From Candidatus Aenigmatarchaeota archaeon (GTDB lineage: Archaea; Aenigmatarchaeota; Aenigmatarchaeia; CG10238-14; SpSt-28), in assembly GCA_032249395.1 (NCBI GenBank), contig JAVVFY010000003.1, forward strand, positions 32,001 to 96,000: 64,000 nucleotides of DNA. The letters are read 5' to 3'. Made by a program: the position numbers and the translations under genes. Below the pieces are notes generated by a model. It was not told the origin of the DNA. It did not search any database and was given only the letters and a program-made list of their open reading frames with translations. Below are positions 14,501 to 20,030 of the stretch, in pieces; position 1 is the first letter of the stretch; each line of letters starts with the position of its first letter.

Positions 14501-17500
14501 ATTCTTGCTATGTATTTTTTTGAAGCATCCACATCATCAGGAATTTTTACATGCCAAACAGTATCATTAAACGACCAATTACCAATTTGTGATGGTGGCG
14601 TACTCTTTACAAATACGCTTCTGTCAGCACCTTCAAGAATAAACCAATTCTGTTTATTTCCTTGTTCATCTAAAATTTCTAAAGATACATTGGCAATTAA
14701 GTCGTTTGTAGTGTTGTAATTTCCTATAGGCGCTACTACTAGCGCCCAATAACCACCAATAACTTTATCTTTTGCGTGGGTAGATACAACTATATCTCTT
14801 GCAAGATTGATATCATTACAATCTATAACTCTAATGTTCTGCTTATCTGTATCTTTTTGTGGTGCTGTTGGATGTAGAGGATGGAATATACGAAGCGTAT
14901 ATTCGCCGAGCTCTACATCATTAGTTATGTTTAAGAAATATGTTCCCCAAAAACATTTATCATTTACTCCTCCTCCTAATTGACAACCATCAGCATTTCC
15001 TAATTCAGTTCCTGAAATTGGAACATCATTAGCTATAAATCCGAGAGAAGGCATATCAGAGAATACTACATCATTTTTTCTTTTAACTTGTAACTTAAGA
15101 TTGCCTGCTGATGTTGGATCATCATCTGCATTATCAATTAGAGTAAAGTTTATTGTATAATTGTACCCTCTGCATAACGTTAAAGGATCGGCACGAAAAC
15201 TAGTTTGATTAAAGTAAAAATCCCAACCAAATAAGTAAAATCTTAAATCTTCTGCAAGTATAGTCCAGCTTCTGCTTTCCTTAAATGTTTCTCCATTGTT
15301 GTAATGCATTTCTACTGGACCAAGAAGGTAAATTCTTGGAAATAGTGGGGGTAAGTCAAAGGAGTAATTCAACAAAATTCTTTCTCCCTTTCTAATATTC
15401 GGTAAATTCCAAACTATTAAAATCTCTTCTGGATTCTTGATTATCACCCCATCACTTTTAATATTCAAAAATTCAGTAGGAACGCGCTCAATTACAGTTA
15501 AGTTGTAGGCATCTATCTTTGCTATTATATTCAAAGAAACAGTAGTTCTTGCTTCAACCCTTATTTTCGTAGGAAATTCATCTAAAAATGGCTCTTGCCT
15601 CAATATATCAAAGGGATAAAATTCTTTAACTTCGAAGTTTGTGGAGTATTCATTGCTTACGTTCAAACCTTCTTCAACACGTACATATACAGAGTAATTG
15701 CCTACTTCACTTACAGTATAATTAGCTACATAAGTCCCGTCAAATCTATTTAAAATTTCTGTAGGATTTATTATCGTTTTTTTACCAGAAGGATTAGTTA
15801 CTTCTATAAAAACTATAGCATTTGTAACAGCCTTACCTTCGGCATTTAAAGCGCCAACAACTATTCTAACAGTTTCCCCAGGAGAGAAAGTCCCTGCACC
15901 AACATATACAGTTCTTTTAAAGCCATTATTAGAAATTTCCAGTGCCTTTAAAGTATTTACATTTACTAAACCGACAGCAAAGCTAATTTCTTCTTCAACC
16001 ACTTCCTCTCCAGGATTCGGACTTACATAACTCAATTTAACTTTAAGCTTGTACAAACCTGGCCTAAATTCTCTTTCTGCATCTAACTCAACAACAAACT
16101 TTCCAGGACCAACTTGAGTATAATTAACTTCAGTTATATTTCCATCTGGATCTACAACAAAAGCTTGCAAAGTAGCATTTGGAAATATTTCGCCAGTATC
16201 TTCATAAATAGCTGAAATCTCAAACCTTATTTTTTCTCCAAGCTCATAATTGAACTTCTCTTGCTTAACTTTTGGTTTTACTTTTATGTGCTTCAAAACA
16301 TTGAAATCAAGAGTTTTGCTTGCATTTCCAAATTCACTTTCAGCAAAAATTTCTGCTGAATATTTACCATAAGCTTTTGGCAAAATTTCAAAAGTGAAAT
16401 TAAAGCTACCATTAACAAATTGCTCATCCTCAAAAACGACTTTACCTTTAACATCTTTAACTATAAGCTTAACTCTAGAATTAACCAAATTTCCATTGTA
16501 GTTAACATTTCCGTAAATTGAAACGACTTTCCAATCGCCTTTTCCTTTTGTGATATTTTTAACTGAATAAAATGCTTCGACTGATGGAACAAAACTTATT
16601 TTAGGTTGCGAATAGTTAGATACAACAAAATAAAAGCTTGTTTCATTTTTCAAGCCTAATGCTTCTATTATCAAATAATAAATTCCATCTTCGCTAAAGT
16701 TAGCAATTAGAGAAGAATTAAAGCTACCGTTAACAATTTCTATTTCTTTTGAAAGCAAGAGAGAAGAATTAAATTGCAAGCTTAAGTTTGCGGTAGCATT
16801 AACTTTTTCTCCATCAACAACAAGTTCTCCAAAAATGTTAATTGTTTCGTTTGAAGTGTAATTTGATTTATCAGTTAAAATTGTCAAGTATGTCTGATTA
16901 GTTTGAGTAATATTTTCACTTACGTTTTCAGAAGGAATTGTAGTTGTTGTTACAGAAGTTGTAGTAGTTATCTCTTCTTTTCTCTCAATTGTTATTTCAG
17001 CTTCACTTGGATTCAAATAATCTTTTTCACTTCCTTTGAAAACTGCTTTTACTTTTGATGCATTGATAAGATTAAAAGAAAATGTTGAAATTCCAGAATC
17101 ATCTGTAAAATTGCTACCGACAAAATTCCCATCAACATAAAATTCTATTTCTTTATTTGGAACAAAAGAACCATTATCGAGCAAAAGCTTAGCAGCTATT
17201 AAACCATTCTCAACTTTCAAATCTATTGAAGTGTTTGCAAAAACTTCAACTTTAATGCTTTCTTCAACAACATTAGAAACTCCAATAAATCTTCCCGTAA
17301 TATTACTCCAGTTTGTTGCTAAAAGAATTGCAGAAGCTAGAGCAATGAAAAGTAAAGAAGTAATTATTTGGGTTTGTCCCTTCAAACTTTTTTTCGATTT
17401 TAAATTTAGTAATGCAAAAAAGAAAAGAATTGCAAAAGAAATTGCAAATGGTAAGAAAATTAAGAAAGGTAAAGTTAAGTATGGCAAAAATTCTTCAATA

Positions 17501-17532
17501 AGACTTTGACTTTTTAGTTTAAACTTACTCAT
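1..17532 (-). CDS. Giant cell-surface/adhesin-like protein, >=5,844 aa, 3'-truncated by the window edge
   Basis: ATG at 17532 overlaps the end of the upstream gene and gives MSKFKLKSQSLIEEFLPYLTLPFLIF...KGQTQIITSLLFIALASAILL. The same frame reads as protein at every point I translated (e.g. 5640-5461 ...PPVLEDATVFPEDDWGWGENYTFKVNVSDANADDVNVSLW; 60-1 DCNYTTGRQIWFIELNDTCY). The ORF track lists no terminated ORF in this frame, consistent with no stop before base 1. Alternative TTG start at 17385 (MKGQTQII). Confidence 0.9.
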   Translation of the reverse strand, partial: MSKFKLKSQSLIEEFLPYLTLPFLIFLPFAISFAILFFFALLNLKSKKSLKGQTQIITSLLFIALASAILLATNWSNITGRFIGVSNVVEESIKVEVFANTSIDLKVENGLIAAKLLLDNGSFVPNKEIEFYVDGNFVGSNFTDDSGISTFSFNLINASKVKAVFKGSEKDYLNPSEAEITIERKEEITTTTSVTTTTIPSENVSENITQTNQTYLTILTDKSNYTSNETINIFGELVVDGEKVNATANLSLQFNSSLLLSKEIEIVNGSFNSSLIANFSEDGIYYLIIEALGLKNETSFYFVVSNYSQPKISFVPSVEAFYSVKNITKGKGDWKVVSIYGNVNYNGNLVNSRVKLIVKDVKGKVVFEDEQFVNGSFNFTFEILPKAYGKYSAEIFAESEFGNASKTLDFNVLKHIKVKPKVKQEKFNYELGEKIRFEISAIYEDTGEIFPNATLQAFVVDPDGNITEVNYTQVGPGKFVVELDAEREFRPGLYKLKVKLSYVSPNPGEEVVEEEISFAVGLVNVNTLKALEISNNGFKRTVYVGAGTFSPGETVRIVVGALNAEGKAVTNAIVFIEVTNPSGKKTIINPTEILNRFDGTYVANYTVSEVGNYSVYVRVEEGLNVSNEYSTNFEVKEFYPFDILRQEPFLDEFPTKIRVEARTTVSLNIIAKIDAYNLTVIERVPTEFLNIKSDGVIIKNPEEILIVWNLPNIRKGERILLNYSFDLPPLFPRIYLLGPVEMHYNNGETFKESRSWTILAEDLRFYLFGWDFYFNQTSFRADPLTLCRGYNYTINFTLIDNADDDPTSAGNLKLQVKRKNDVVFSDMPSLGFIANDVPISGTELGNADGCQLGGGVNDKCFWGTYFLNITNDVELGEYTLRIFHPLHPTAPQKDTDKQNIRVIDCNDINLARDIVVSTHAKDKVIGGYWALVVAPIGNYNTTNDLIANVSLEILDEQGNKQNWFILEGADRSVFVKSTPPSQIGNWSFNDTVWHVKIPDDVDASKKYIARIRIKSPNKPEIVHDKIFQVESLGIKPSPLTLTTVTPSYATAVTQSAGSGTVWRNITVCNYGDYNITYNLTDFTRTLSASDFQVPAASVTPVKGEVKWLNYNISTSQCQWFLVRYPGSGDTFPEEFIAQVVWNDPVTGQTFSITTDPELAFFPARSGRAGGSTVYGINITKIPANSTNVGVEIRLFGSGGGAGTFSDIYDVEIHFPPGLTPKNFVWRSSAGADLGVPPAPGYPYGSPDEGWVVRWTVWFKGGLLFSVPSNNGFVSLTFNLDVSNIPHITPGGKHIFIRTIGRSYTAQSPTMWLFTDDVIPLVVEGPWIKTQRLYNDTSTSYKTGFPSTVGCGIFNVSLQTWNKGNLPLINANITENKYNITVTHPQDLIFQYPWSSLPTTATIDDARKINWDGGINFGSPFGRLDGTKIYNYTINVTFQTNGTFRFQAIPTNGTFTFLDEPYDIFIACGASLTVSQPSFSPNNPFLNQPFNASSTITNFGPGNASNVIAVINYTGPGVLEIRNATGDLSDVNYLGTIELNGIREAKWNITANTAGTYTICIRANSTENSTEVMSCNDVLVGLPPATIEMENPLVISKETGTSTGSWGFNFTFNVSVRVTNSENDVQVCSYFSKTGSEPWRLVGCDVYPAPGAGNTGDWINFTFEFDADCSDIGSPVFVKFNATNNAGTTNSTSTTFTITKDTIFFEDIIGNGTETRRGKTTTLLALRVRDKNNTLITNLPVTFYVTLDGNIYDSGTTNSTNESAYANYYFQAKCSPKYQVGYQKWKAVVSGHACYFDNSTENFVNLSVLVTGDIILNFQKPDGTTNFTQEQKVSFLGATTDDCGDALTTNVRFFANKSTQSFECLPVYQVGANAYTCDWQTDILTPMGWYNTTMYASKDYHYPNSTVNALYPGLFYLLPIKKLENPQAYPLSEGWGYPNWNFSVKASSGDSENVLNVSLYMGKTWPPIFKCEAPTCINQTPNECSNCINSTKYWYRNFTANDIGNWYYQFKMDGAETTQVLYVTVEKDDVNISYVEGNNSFAKYSPAQSAKFVVRVYDLDAQTYNLNPAATVTFRIKYNGLYDKIIGSNITNSSGYAEFYFTPDCSFSSGDQYWYAEIASDEPYYKPYTTSYFNISIDTSGCKPQIKIGEIKQPKEAFQYKNFTLGVTVGTLGPSGTVANDVYVNLTLPTGWQADSTTKYVGNVSVGELKTIWFNIYPTTYSSNQIIIFVNSSNAENDSLTINVFTYKFMSETFSQEELPYLLNSNEAKEFNFVCEAGSYRIANLSISTYSSSLQDGKIRIEVYNGTYWLDVSHSLYFTSPSSLFIPILEKQIQPSETGYCKIRITNIGDNPVNISGLKLSAYYNETVLIQDVDTNVNGISVKGLEKTDRYLNISVILSNSFNQQISGTLYLNITDAYGNVVYSSSSPLLLNQKSSYIANFSNIDTQAWSEGNYNIIATFVYNSNVSTRVELLTIKDVTVNAKGSNWMCNSTSEPFIVEIYHPFNEEIDYNVTLSVPTGWTFTPSYQLVKAITPGKYYAQFTLTSSNSTSELANIQAIVNYNHITQKTKTATFQIQESNSIAILEVIRETPPFVSPDKVFESRLVVHNKGCAKASGATIIETLESGWTPANPSIKTNVYGSSVQLLSSSVDLINNLVIWNLGDIDVNEYAVLTYQVKAPNIYSKTGSFKFNVSWDGKSFEEENPFTVSTASYNQESHLSFDIEAIQQDEYPWPEVRSSQLNRAYNYSLKVTNIGDTTASGWSVYLSIPEECDVLNVYNGGTFNPSTRKISWSLPSLSVYSSSYLNFTLNCSLEGKKVLVAEGILDTRSESYFVNDTSISCYGNSCSLTYPFVFTKPINARYEKMKEIAFLINYSFGDENLTIAEAKVSIADDLLNKRIFWQNYSHSLALSKVWSNYSIDSNDSTNFVNSLRNIFIDTYADSSTNPYSNVSIEKIAYVWSTGKLFNETQNLFVKSKIYKYSPLLTNATLYIDDQVRNVGGWGENYKFGVYVRDRFGRDVIVYAWHRMGASEYSLIGSQVCYNCLQWTQLNFSFKYDGSAIGAWSFKFNATNADGSSEILGYAYTIEKDDISVFGIQPILNATVNRSMPFEFTMFVFDIDNQTYPYYLQLGQVDEGKARIFISKYGSNETFDISPSLSANSTGYVVRTMQNTSDSWCKVSDYYLGQNYWKGGVFGASTYKDNVTPIIPFWLIGDLSNSYMLYPNGSRNYTRGQVVEFDGIIKDDCGLVKTDSASFGVEYIISHGSTVYTIVAPLTYTTWTIPQDAPLGWYNVTMIAFAEGSEAGKYWNGTYFKENAFFVASNIKLDNPQVSPYPKGSWQINPFNFSVYVTSEDGEPVYTYLWLKRENSNWQLENSSVCVNCNNYQFFTQKSFYCSDIGSWYAKFNATSPTTFKNETQVIAFNITKTPISIDYSSGNNSVVNRSDSVIGNTVNLTVRIKNLVFGNYTTEISTDEVYGYVTKDDVNWEQEIVYSNETHYFINFNPSCSYSVGLRKWKVNVSSACYESNSSQEFYVIIVGSLANSIISPTGDRNYTAGEKIYLIGEVYDDCGNPISDASIRFKLTSGSNEYYCPSSGYITNTSNTYVCEFDTTGKSGGWYNVSMESSKQYYLNASSFKQNAFFLIKPVELINPKVEYPNDGSWGEIHNFSVIVNHYASVNVCLLESTSSDGPWSVTDCRFIENPSYTLVNFTRDYTCSDYQQAAIRYFMFNASEPDIPQTYSNTSAISHTLRKDDISLIYVLGNESYVNRNGNNSTKFMIYVLDRDKNSPAFSQIGVQYYPRVWFNIFNGTAFITDGSNSTNSSGYVEYNFNPDCRYDAGRQNWVAYVQADACYKDASSEAYNVTIIGDLVPFVVYPNGITYYRENQLYINISVFVQDECKLRNISGATVTIEPISVGFGDVYNCDNVQDYGNGTYSCTFNATEAKEGWYNVRVNASNVIYYNDASFTNVSVFRIIHVWQPPVLEDATVFPEDDWGWGENYTFKVNVSDANADDVNVSLWLSKDGVNWNYISSQMCYNCGSKRELTFYYSGFTCSDIGTYYFKFNATDPRNTTDMAPISFNLDKDDVDFVYDSNSLGNNSWVNRSEGVTLKIKVYDRDNKQFVDRYVSGKIWVTYDGVNYGSAWEASGDNGYLSAVFTPDCSYNVGTQYWKAGIVNDACYKNANSTLTLTVNIKGWLNNTISQPNGEAYLSNQNVTISGLVNDECNNPINDANVFYKVKHGAFEDYCFASYVSGYYTCTWNISNNPPGWYSVFMYSSRDLYNNASKVKQNAFFHEVPPVLVAPSVTPTEAPWGSTFTFKVNVTDEDDIVNVSLWIRKLPDGAFSLAASTICNNCTNVTVTLQKSYTSGSDIGSYEWFINASDNYGGVAQTSIQTFNVTKRRTYWVYSQGNNSWVSRVGTNTTILEARLYDAFTNLPLDKGSDTTYINVSSDSGWIRYGTTTSSGFATLNFDPDCRYSVGVKNWRAAFDGDSYYFGNASQNYTVVIYGSLTSSILQPNGNVIAEGDPILIVGNVSDDCSSGVSGTSTIFTIEPIHSTCSPVNDYGNGTYSCSFPSSGLIGWYDISMNVSKQYYNDTYSYKSNAFQVRRKPAITSYSINRDSGGWGSYFLVSALVLDADPSDPVNISLWKSYDGVNWVYVDSKSSSDCTGTCYFEFNPSFNCSEYLINSTILLKLNVSDSYGLRNETSPITVTLTKDTVSFYSISVPSEVLRYGNNYGKFVVRVYDVDKNAWLDLSQENVKGYFWFTRDTGIYDEGHLVYANASGYLEYDFNPDCSYNVGYQSWKVGIASNQCYFDANSSDSSFIIKGQLNINLNLPTYGSTFNVGDKINISWNVYSDCYLNSSVRDSGNISEVSNVLTLSSGSYSSSCSPINEDNGNYNCTWDSTSKAEGYWNITIQASKTYYSTNTTTFANWFWLENRPPIVSNLNVTPNAAGWGSLFNYSAYVEDPENDTVTCSLYVKTNDNWAHKGSKTISTPGVCYIEVNDFTCEDQGIASFYFVVNDTFNRVNTSDSEISIGPAITKNSISLTLVSGDGAKVNRSDSNIGNTVSFVIRALDLTRNSLPLANTNLTFYVTYDQTNFKPYYTQTNSSGYASLDFNPDCQFSTGKQAWFAKVENDACYFETYTNTTPTQNYTVEVYGDLVLDVISPKGEKYLRGDYPDGQNVNLTARITSDCEIEGGIYANANFSVSQGSIVNYCNPVEYLGNGYYTCSLNTSGFRAKGWNVTFNASKSYYNSNSTLEIFEIWKKGFWIETKPILTTDFYTISYDSLGRVGDGGWGELWVFRVNITDEDDDLLEVKLWINRTDNGEWYQLPSNMTAYDRGINKTITFMLRLPSPTVLGSPSAVGPHAFMFNVSEYQDIFGNQTKDFPQNVYQTNNGTLIYKKDDVIIEHVVGNSTSVYRPGNNIQTLTVRVYDVDKGEYAIGSPGAAIFVTTDFYNYITISGTSSISPGGYINTSLTQFNPDCSFAIGPQKWKAGVLDSNPFYKPTNSSEFTITIVTDTLNVNYISPKDGKIYIKSPTPADYLILVANVTDECGGVRGATTNFYIQRGDTIRECRSIGSVVDFNNGTYACNITNSTLNSNYELIYGYWNVSVNASKQYYNDSLTTQQTNAFYLASRPTLTTYSYYVTAGNFTNGWGDLWQFKVDVEDEDRTGELGSLVNVSLWINRTGDWEYIGSMTCIPPCEGSDALVFTTSFSCSDIGTHTFKFNATDNLFVYDNRLKSESSKQTFTVDKEWADVYIQSGDGSSVYRPGYETAILQGYILDWSKGGTYATDLGIKGYLYITKDRNNFGDPIEIYTGSDGLFTYYFDPDCNYTTGRQIWFIELNDTCY
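11110..12790 (-). repeat. Two further copies (one complete, one partial) of the same protein repeat
   Basis: GSWGF at ~12721 and EGWGY at ~11733, with KDD, VRVYD and FTPDC motifs like the main array. Confidence 0.75.
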
Positions 17533-18118
17533 AAGCTACTCTCACCTTTATCTCACTTTCTCCAAGTTTCGTTGATAAATCGCTTTTAACAGAAAACTCT
17601 AACTCGCAATAAGAGTTTACTTCGATTACATTGCAAACTTTTTCTAAGGCGTCTGTCGAAAATCCTTTCGGCAAATCGACAGATACTCGAACGTTTGTGG
17701 CATTAGCACTTCCTTCATTGCTAACAACAACTCTTAACAAGAAACTCTCTCCTCTTGTTATTCTGCTTTTATCGGTGCTTAATCTCAAAGAGATTTTTGG
17801 TTTTGCGATAATTTCTGTTGTTTGAGAAATTTGCGTAGCAGATGTCGAAACGTTTTCACTTGCTCCATTTTCTTCTGTGCTATTAGATTCATTCATTTGA
17901 GTAAGTTCAGAAGAAGTTGTATTCGACGAGTCGACAGATTGTTGTGAAGTTGAGTTTTCAGAAACCAAATTTGTCGAAGCTGACTGTTCACTCGAATTTT
18001 CATTTGTTGTCAAATTTAGTGAGCTGTTCATAGCTTCTTGAGCAATCGACAAGTAGAAAAAGAAAGAAAAGGCTAAGAAAATTGCCAATAAAGCTAGAAA
18101 TTGGGCTTTTCCCTTCAT
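17525..18118 (-). CDS. Secreted/membrane-anchored protein with S/T/N-rich linker and C-terminal Ig-like (CARDB/DUF11-like) domain
   Basis: MKGKAQ plus hydrophobic stretch, a low-complexity linker with many N-x-S/T sequons, and a beta-rich C-terminus (VVSNEGSANATNVRVSVDLPKGF). Its stop overlaps the giant ORF start, suggesting an operon. Confidence 0.75.
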   Translation of the reverse strand: MKGKAQFLALLAIFLAFSFFFYLSIAQEAMNSSLNLTTNENSSEQSASTNLVSENSTSQQSVDSSNTTSSELTQMNESNSTEENGASENVSTSATQISQTTEIIAKPKISLRLSTDKSRITRGESFLLRVVVSNEGSANATNVRVSVDLPKGFSTDALEKVCNVIEVNSYCELEFSVKSDLSTKLGESEIKVRVAYE

Positions 18119-18273
18119 TTTTAACTCCTATTGCTTAACACTAATGATAAGCAGAGTTGTTTGTCGACCCATATATAATTTTTTTAACAACCTGTCGAGA
18201 GTGAAAATCGACAGTTCGACACCTCGACAAAAAAGAAGAATAGCTTTTATTTTTAGAATAAAAGAAAGAATAT
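18119..18273. promoter_or_regulatory. Divergent promoter region between the surface-protein operon and the wHTH gene
   Basis: TATA-like ATATATAATT (18171-18180) and minus-strand SD AGGAG (18125-18129) for the leftward operon. TTTTATT at ~18245 lies ~25 nt upstream of ATG 18274. Five TCGAC motifs fall in this interval. Confidence 0.5.
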
Positions 18274-18675
18274 ATGCTTAAAGAGATTTTTGGTTTGAAA
18301 AAAGAAAACAAAGATGAAAAAATTGATGAGATGATTAAGTTAATTGATTCTCAGCTCTCTATGATTTCTATGGAAATTGAGAAGTTGAAGAATTTGGGTT
18401 CTAAAATTGAGAATATTGAGAAAAAAATAGCAATTTTAGAAGAGCTTATTAAAGAACAAGGAGTCGAAATAAAGCCAAAACCGGTTAGTGAGAAAACAAA
18501 AGAAGCAATAAAGACTTTGTTGAAGAGATATGGAAGCTTAAATGCCTGGCAGGTTGCCAAATTATTAAACATGTCTAGAACAAGATGCGCAGAATATCTT
18601 AAGCAAATGGAAGAAGAGGGGATTTTAGTCTCTCAATGGAAGAGTCGAAAAAAGTACTATTCGATTCGACAGTAA
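18274..18675 (+). CDS. Coiled-coil plus C-terminal winged-helix DNA-binding protein
   Basis: Heptad-rich N-half. C-terminal LNAWQVAKLLNMSRTRCAEYLKQMEEEGILVSQWKSRKKYY is a typical wHTH with wing. Confidence 0.8.
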   Translation: MLKEIFGLKKENKDEKIDEMIKLIDSQLSMISMEIEKLKNLGSKIENIEKKIAILEELIKEQGVEIKPKPVSEKTKEAIKTLLKRYGSLNAWQVAKLLNMSRTRCAEYLKQMEEEGILVSQWKSRKKYYSIRQ

Positions 18676-19243
18676 AATTTTTCGATGAAGTTTTTATTCG
18701 ACAGATCGACTTTATCCTCTCTATAGATTGTTCCCCTATGAAGTTTGTTTATTTTCAAGAATTTCGACAGTTTAACAAGCTTTATTTTTTGAGTAGTCTG
18801 AAGAAAGTAAGAGGAATTCTGAGTTGTCGAAAATCCGACAGTTATAATAGCTAGTTAGTTTTATTATTTTTTCTGTCGAAGTAGTTGTCGAGATGCTGTT
18901 GGGAGAGAATTGAACAAAAAATGCATTATTGAAGGTGCATTCATCTCAATCTGTCGACAAAAATCGACTGTTTTTCTGAAATTCTCTACTTACTAGAGAT
19001 AAAAATCTGAAGAGAGAAAAAATTTTGAGAGTTGAAGTATTTATCTTTAGCATTTTTAATTTTATTTCTAACTATCTAATCAACTCGACACTTATTTAGA
19101 AATTTTGGGCTTTAGCCTAAGTAAGCCTAAAATGCCAAGAAAAACCTCAAGATCATAATTTTTGGCCCCTGAGGACAAAAATCATCACAGACCTTTTTAT
19201 CCTCTTAGCATAAGATTTCAAATTTTTAAGTATCTCTAGTTCA

Positions 19244-19320
19244 AAATGCTCCACTTGGATCACTTCATACTTCTTAAATTTTAAAAATCAACGCAGATAA
19301 ATTGTCTAAGTGGAACATTT
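19244..19320. repeat. Imperfect inverted repeat (ORB/mini-ORB-like) flanking an AT-rich spacer
   Basis: AAATGCTCCACTTGGAT (19244-19260) versus the reverse complement of 19304-19320, AAATGTTCCACTTAGAC: 14/17 identical, with a 43-nt AT-rich spacer. Confidence 0.45.
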
Positions 19321-19787
19321 CAAGACTCTTCTAGCTCCAATAATGTTAAAGACAAAATCTTTTTATCTATCAACAACTCCTAATTTTTTATGTTCTCTTT
19401 CTTGTCAATCAAGCACTTTCTCGTATGCTACATAGGGAAAAAACTTTATATATGAATCTTTATCCATGATTGCGAAACTCCTTATTTGAAGATATTTTTT
19501 TGCAGAGATTGCTTTAAATAATTATCAATAGTTCTAATAAAAGAGATAAATTTAGCACAGTATCCTGTGTACCAGAAAAATTTTACATATACCCTTTTAC
19601 AATGCTGAGGGATTTTTAATTCCTCCAACTTCATTCTAATTATAAGTTAGAGATATAAATGCTCGTTTGAATATACTAAATTGTGGAAACTGCTCCCCCA
19701 GAAAGCCCACTATGTCAATGTTGCTATATCCTCACTAAAAAAGATGAGGAAAAGGTAGAGAATTTAAGTAGAAGTGGAATCAGGAGT

Positions 19788-19860
19788 GGGCGGGTAGCTT
19801 AGTGGCTGGAGCGCTCGGCTGATAACCGAGAGGTCGTGGGTTCGAATCCCACCCCGCCCA
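19788..19860 (+). tRNA. tRNA-Ile(GAU)
   Basis: Acceptor GGGCGGG/CCCGCCC, anticodon arm CTCGG-CTGATAA-CCGAG, T arm GTGGG-TTCGAAT-CCCAC; CCA not encoded. Confidence 0.95.
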
Positions 19861-20030
19861 TCTTTACTATTTTTGACTCAGAACCGTACTTAATATTATT
19901 ATTAATTAATCGCAAATGAGGGAAAAATTAACTATCTTTATTATTTGTTTACATTCTATTCTTATTTTTACCCTTTCCACTCTTTAAAAAATTAAAGAAG
20001 AAGTTTTTAATTAAAACGAGAATAATTTAG

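Larger units (their letters stand above)
17653..19090. repeat. Dense cluster of ~24 TCGAC(A)/(T)GTCGA motifs
   Basis: Manual count of sites near 17655, 17676, 17844, 17923, 17930, 17973, 18046, 18163, 18194, 18208, 18216, 18224, 18463, 18644, 18666, 18698, 18706, 18764, 18826, 18875, 18887, 18953, 18964 and 19085. Only about 20 scattered sites noticed in the other ~62 kb. Confidence 0.85.

Noticed and set aside
2294..17509. Short ORFs listed in the track within 1-17.5 kb (e.g. 2294-2506, 4493-4786, 5764-6084, 12335-12598, 17231-17509)
   Set aside because: They are antisense or off-frame shadows of the giant minus-strand gene and have no protein-like motifs.
1..17532. Impression of codon-usage mosaicism within the giant gene
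   Set aside because: It cannot be quantified by eye and needs a sliding-window codon/k-mer analysis.
18636..18854. 72-aa ORF downstream of the wHTH gene
   Set aside because: It overlaps the wHTH gene, has no recognisable features, and is probably a by-product of the motif-rich non-coding DNA.
17653..19090. TCGAC cluster as a CRISPR array or simple tandem repeat
   Set aside because: The motif is only 5-8 bp, occurs in both orientations with irregular spacing, and there are no 25-40 bp repeats, spacers or cas genes.
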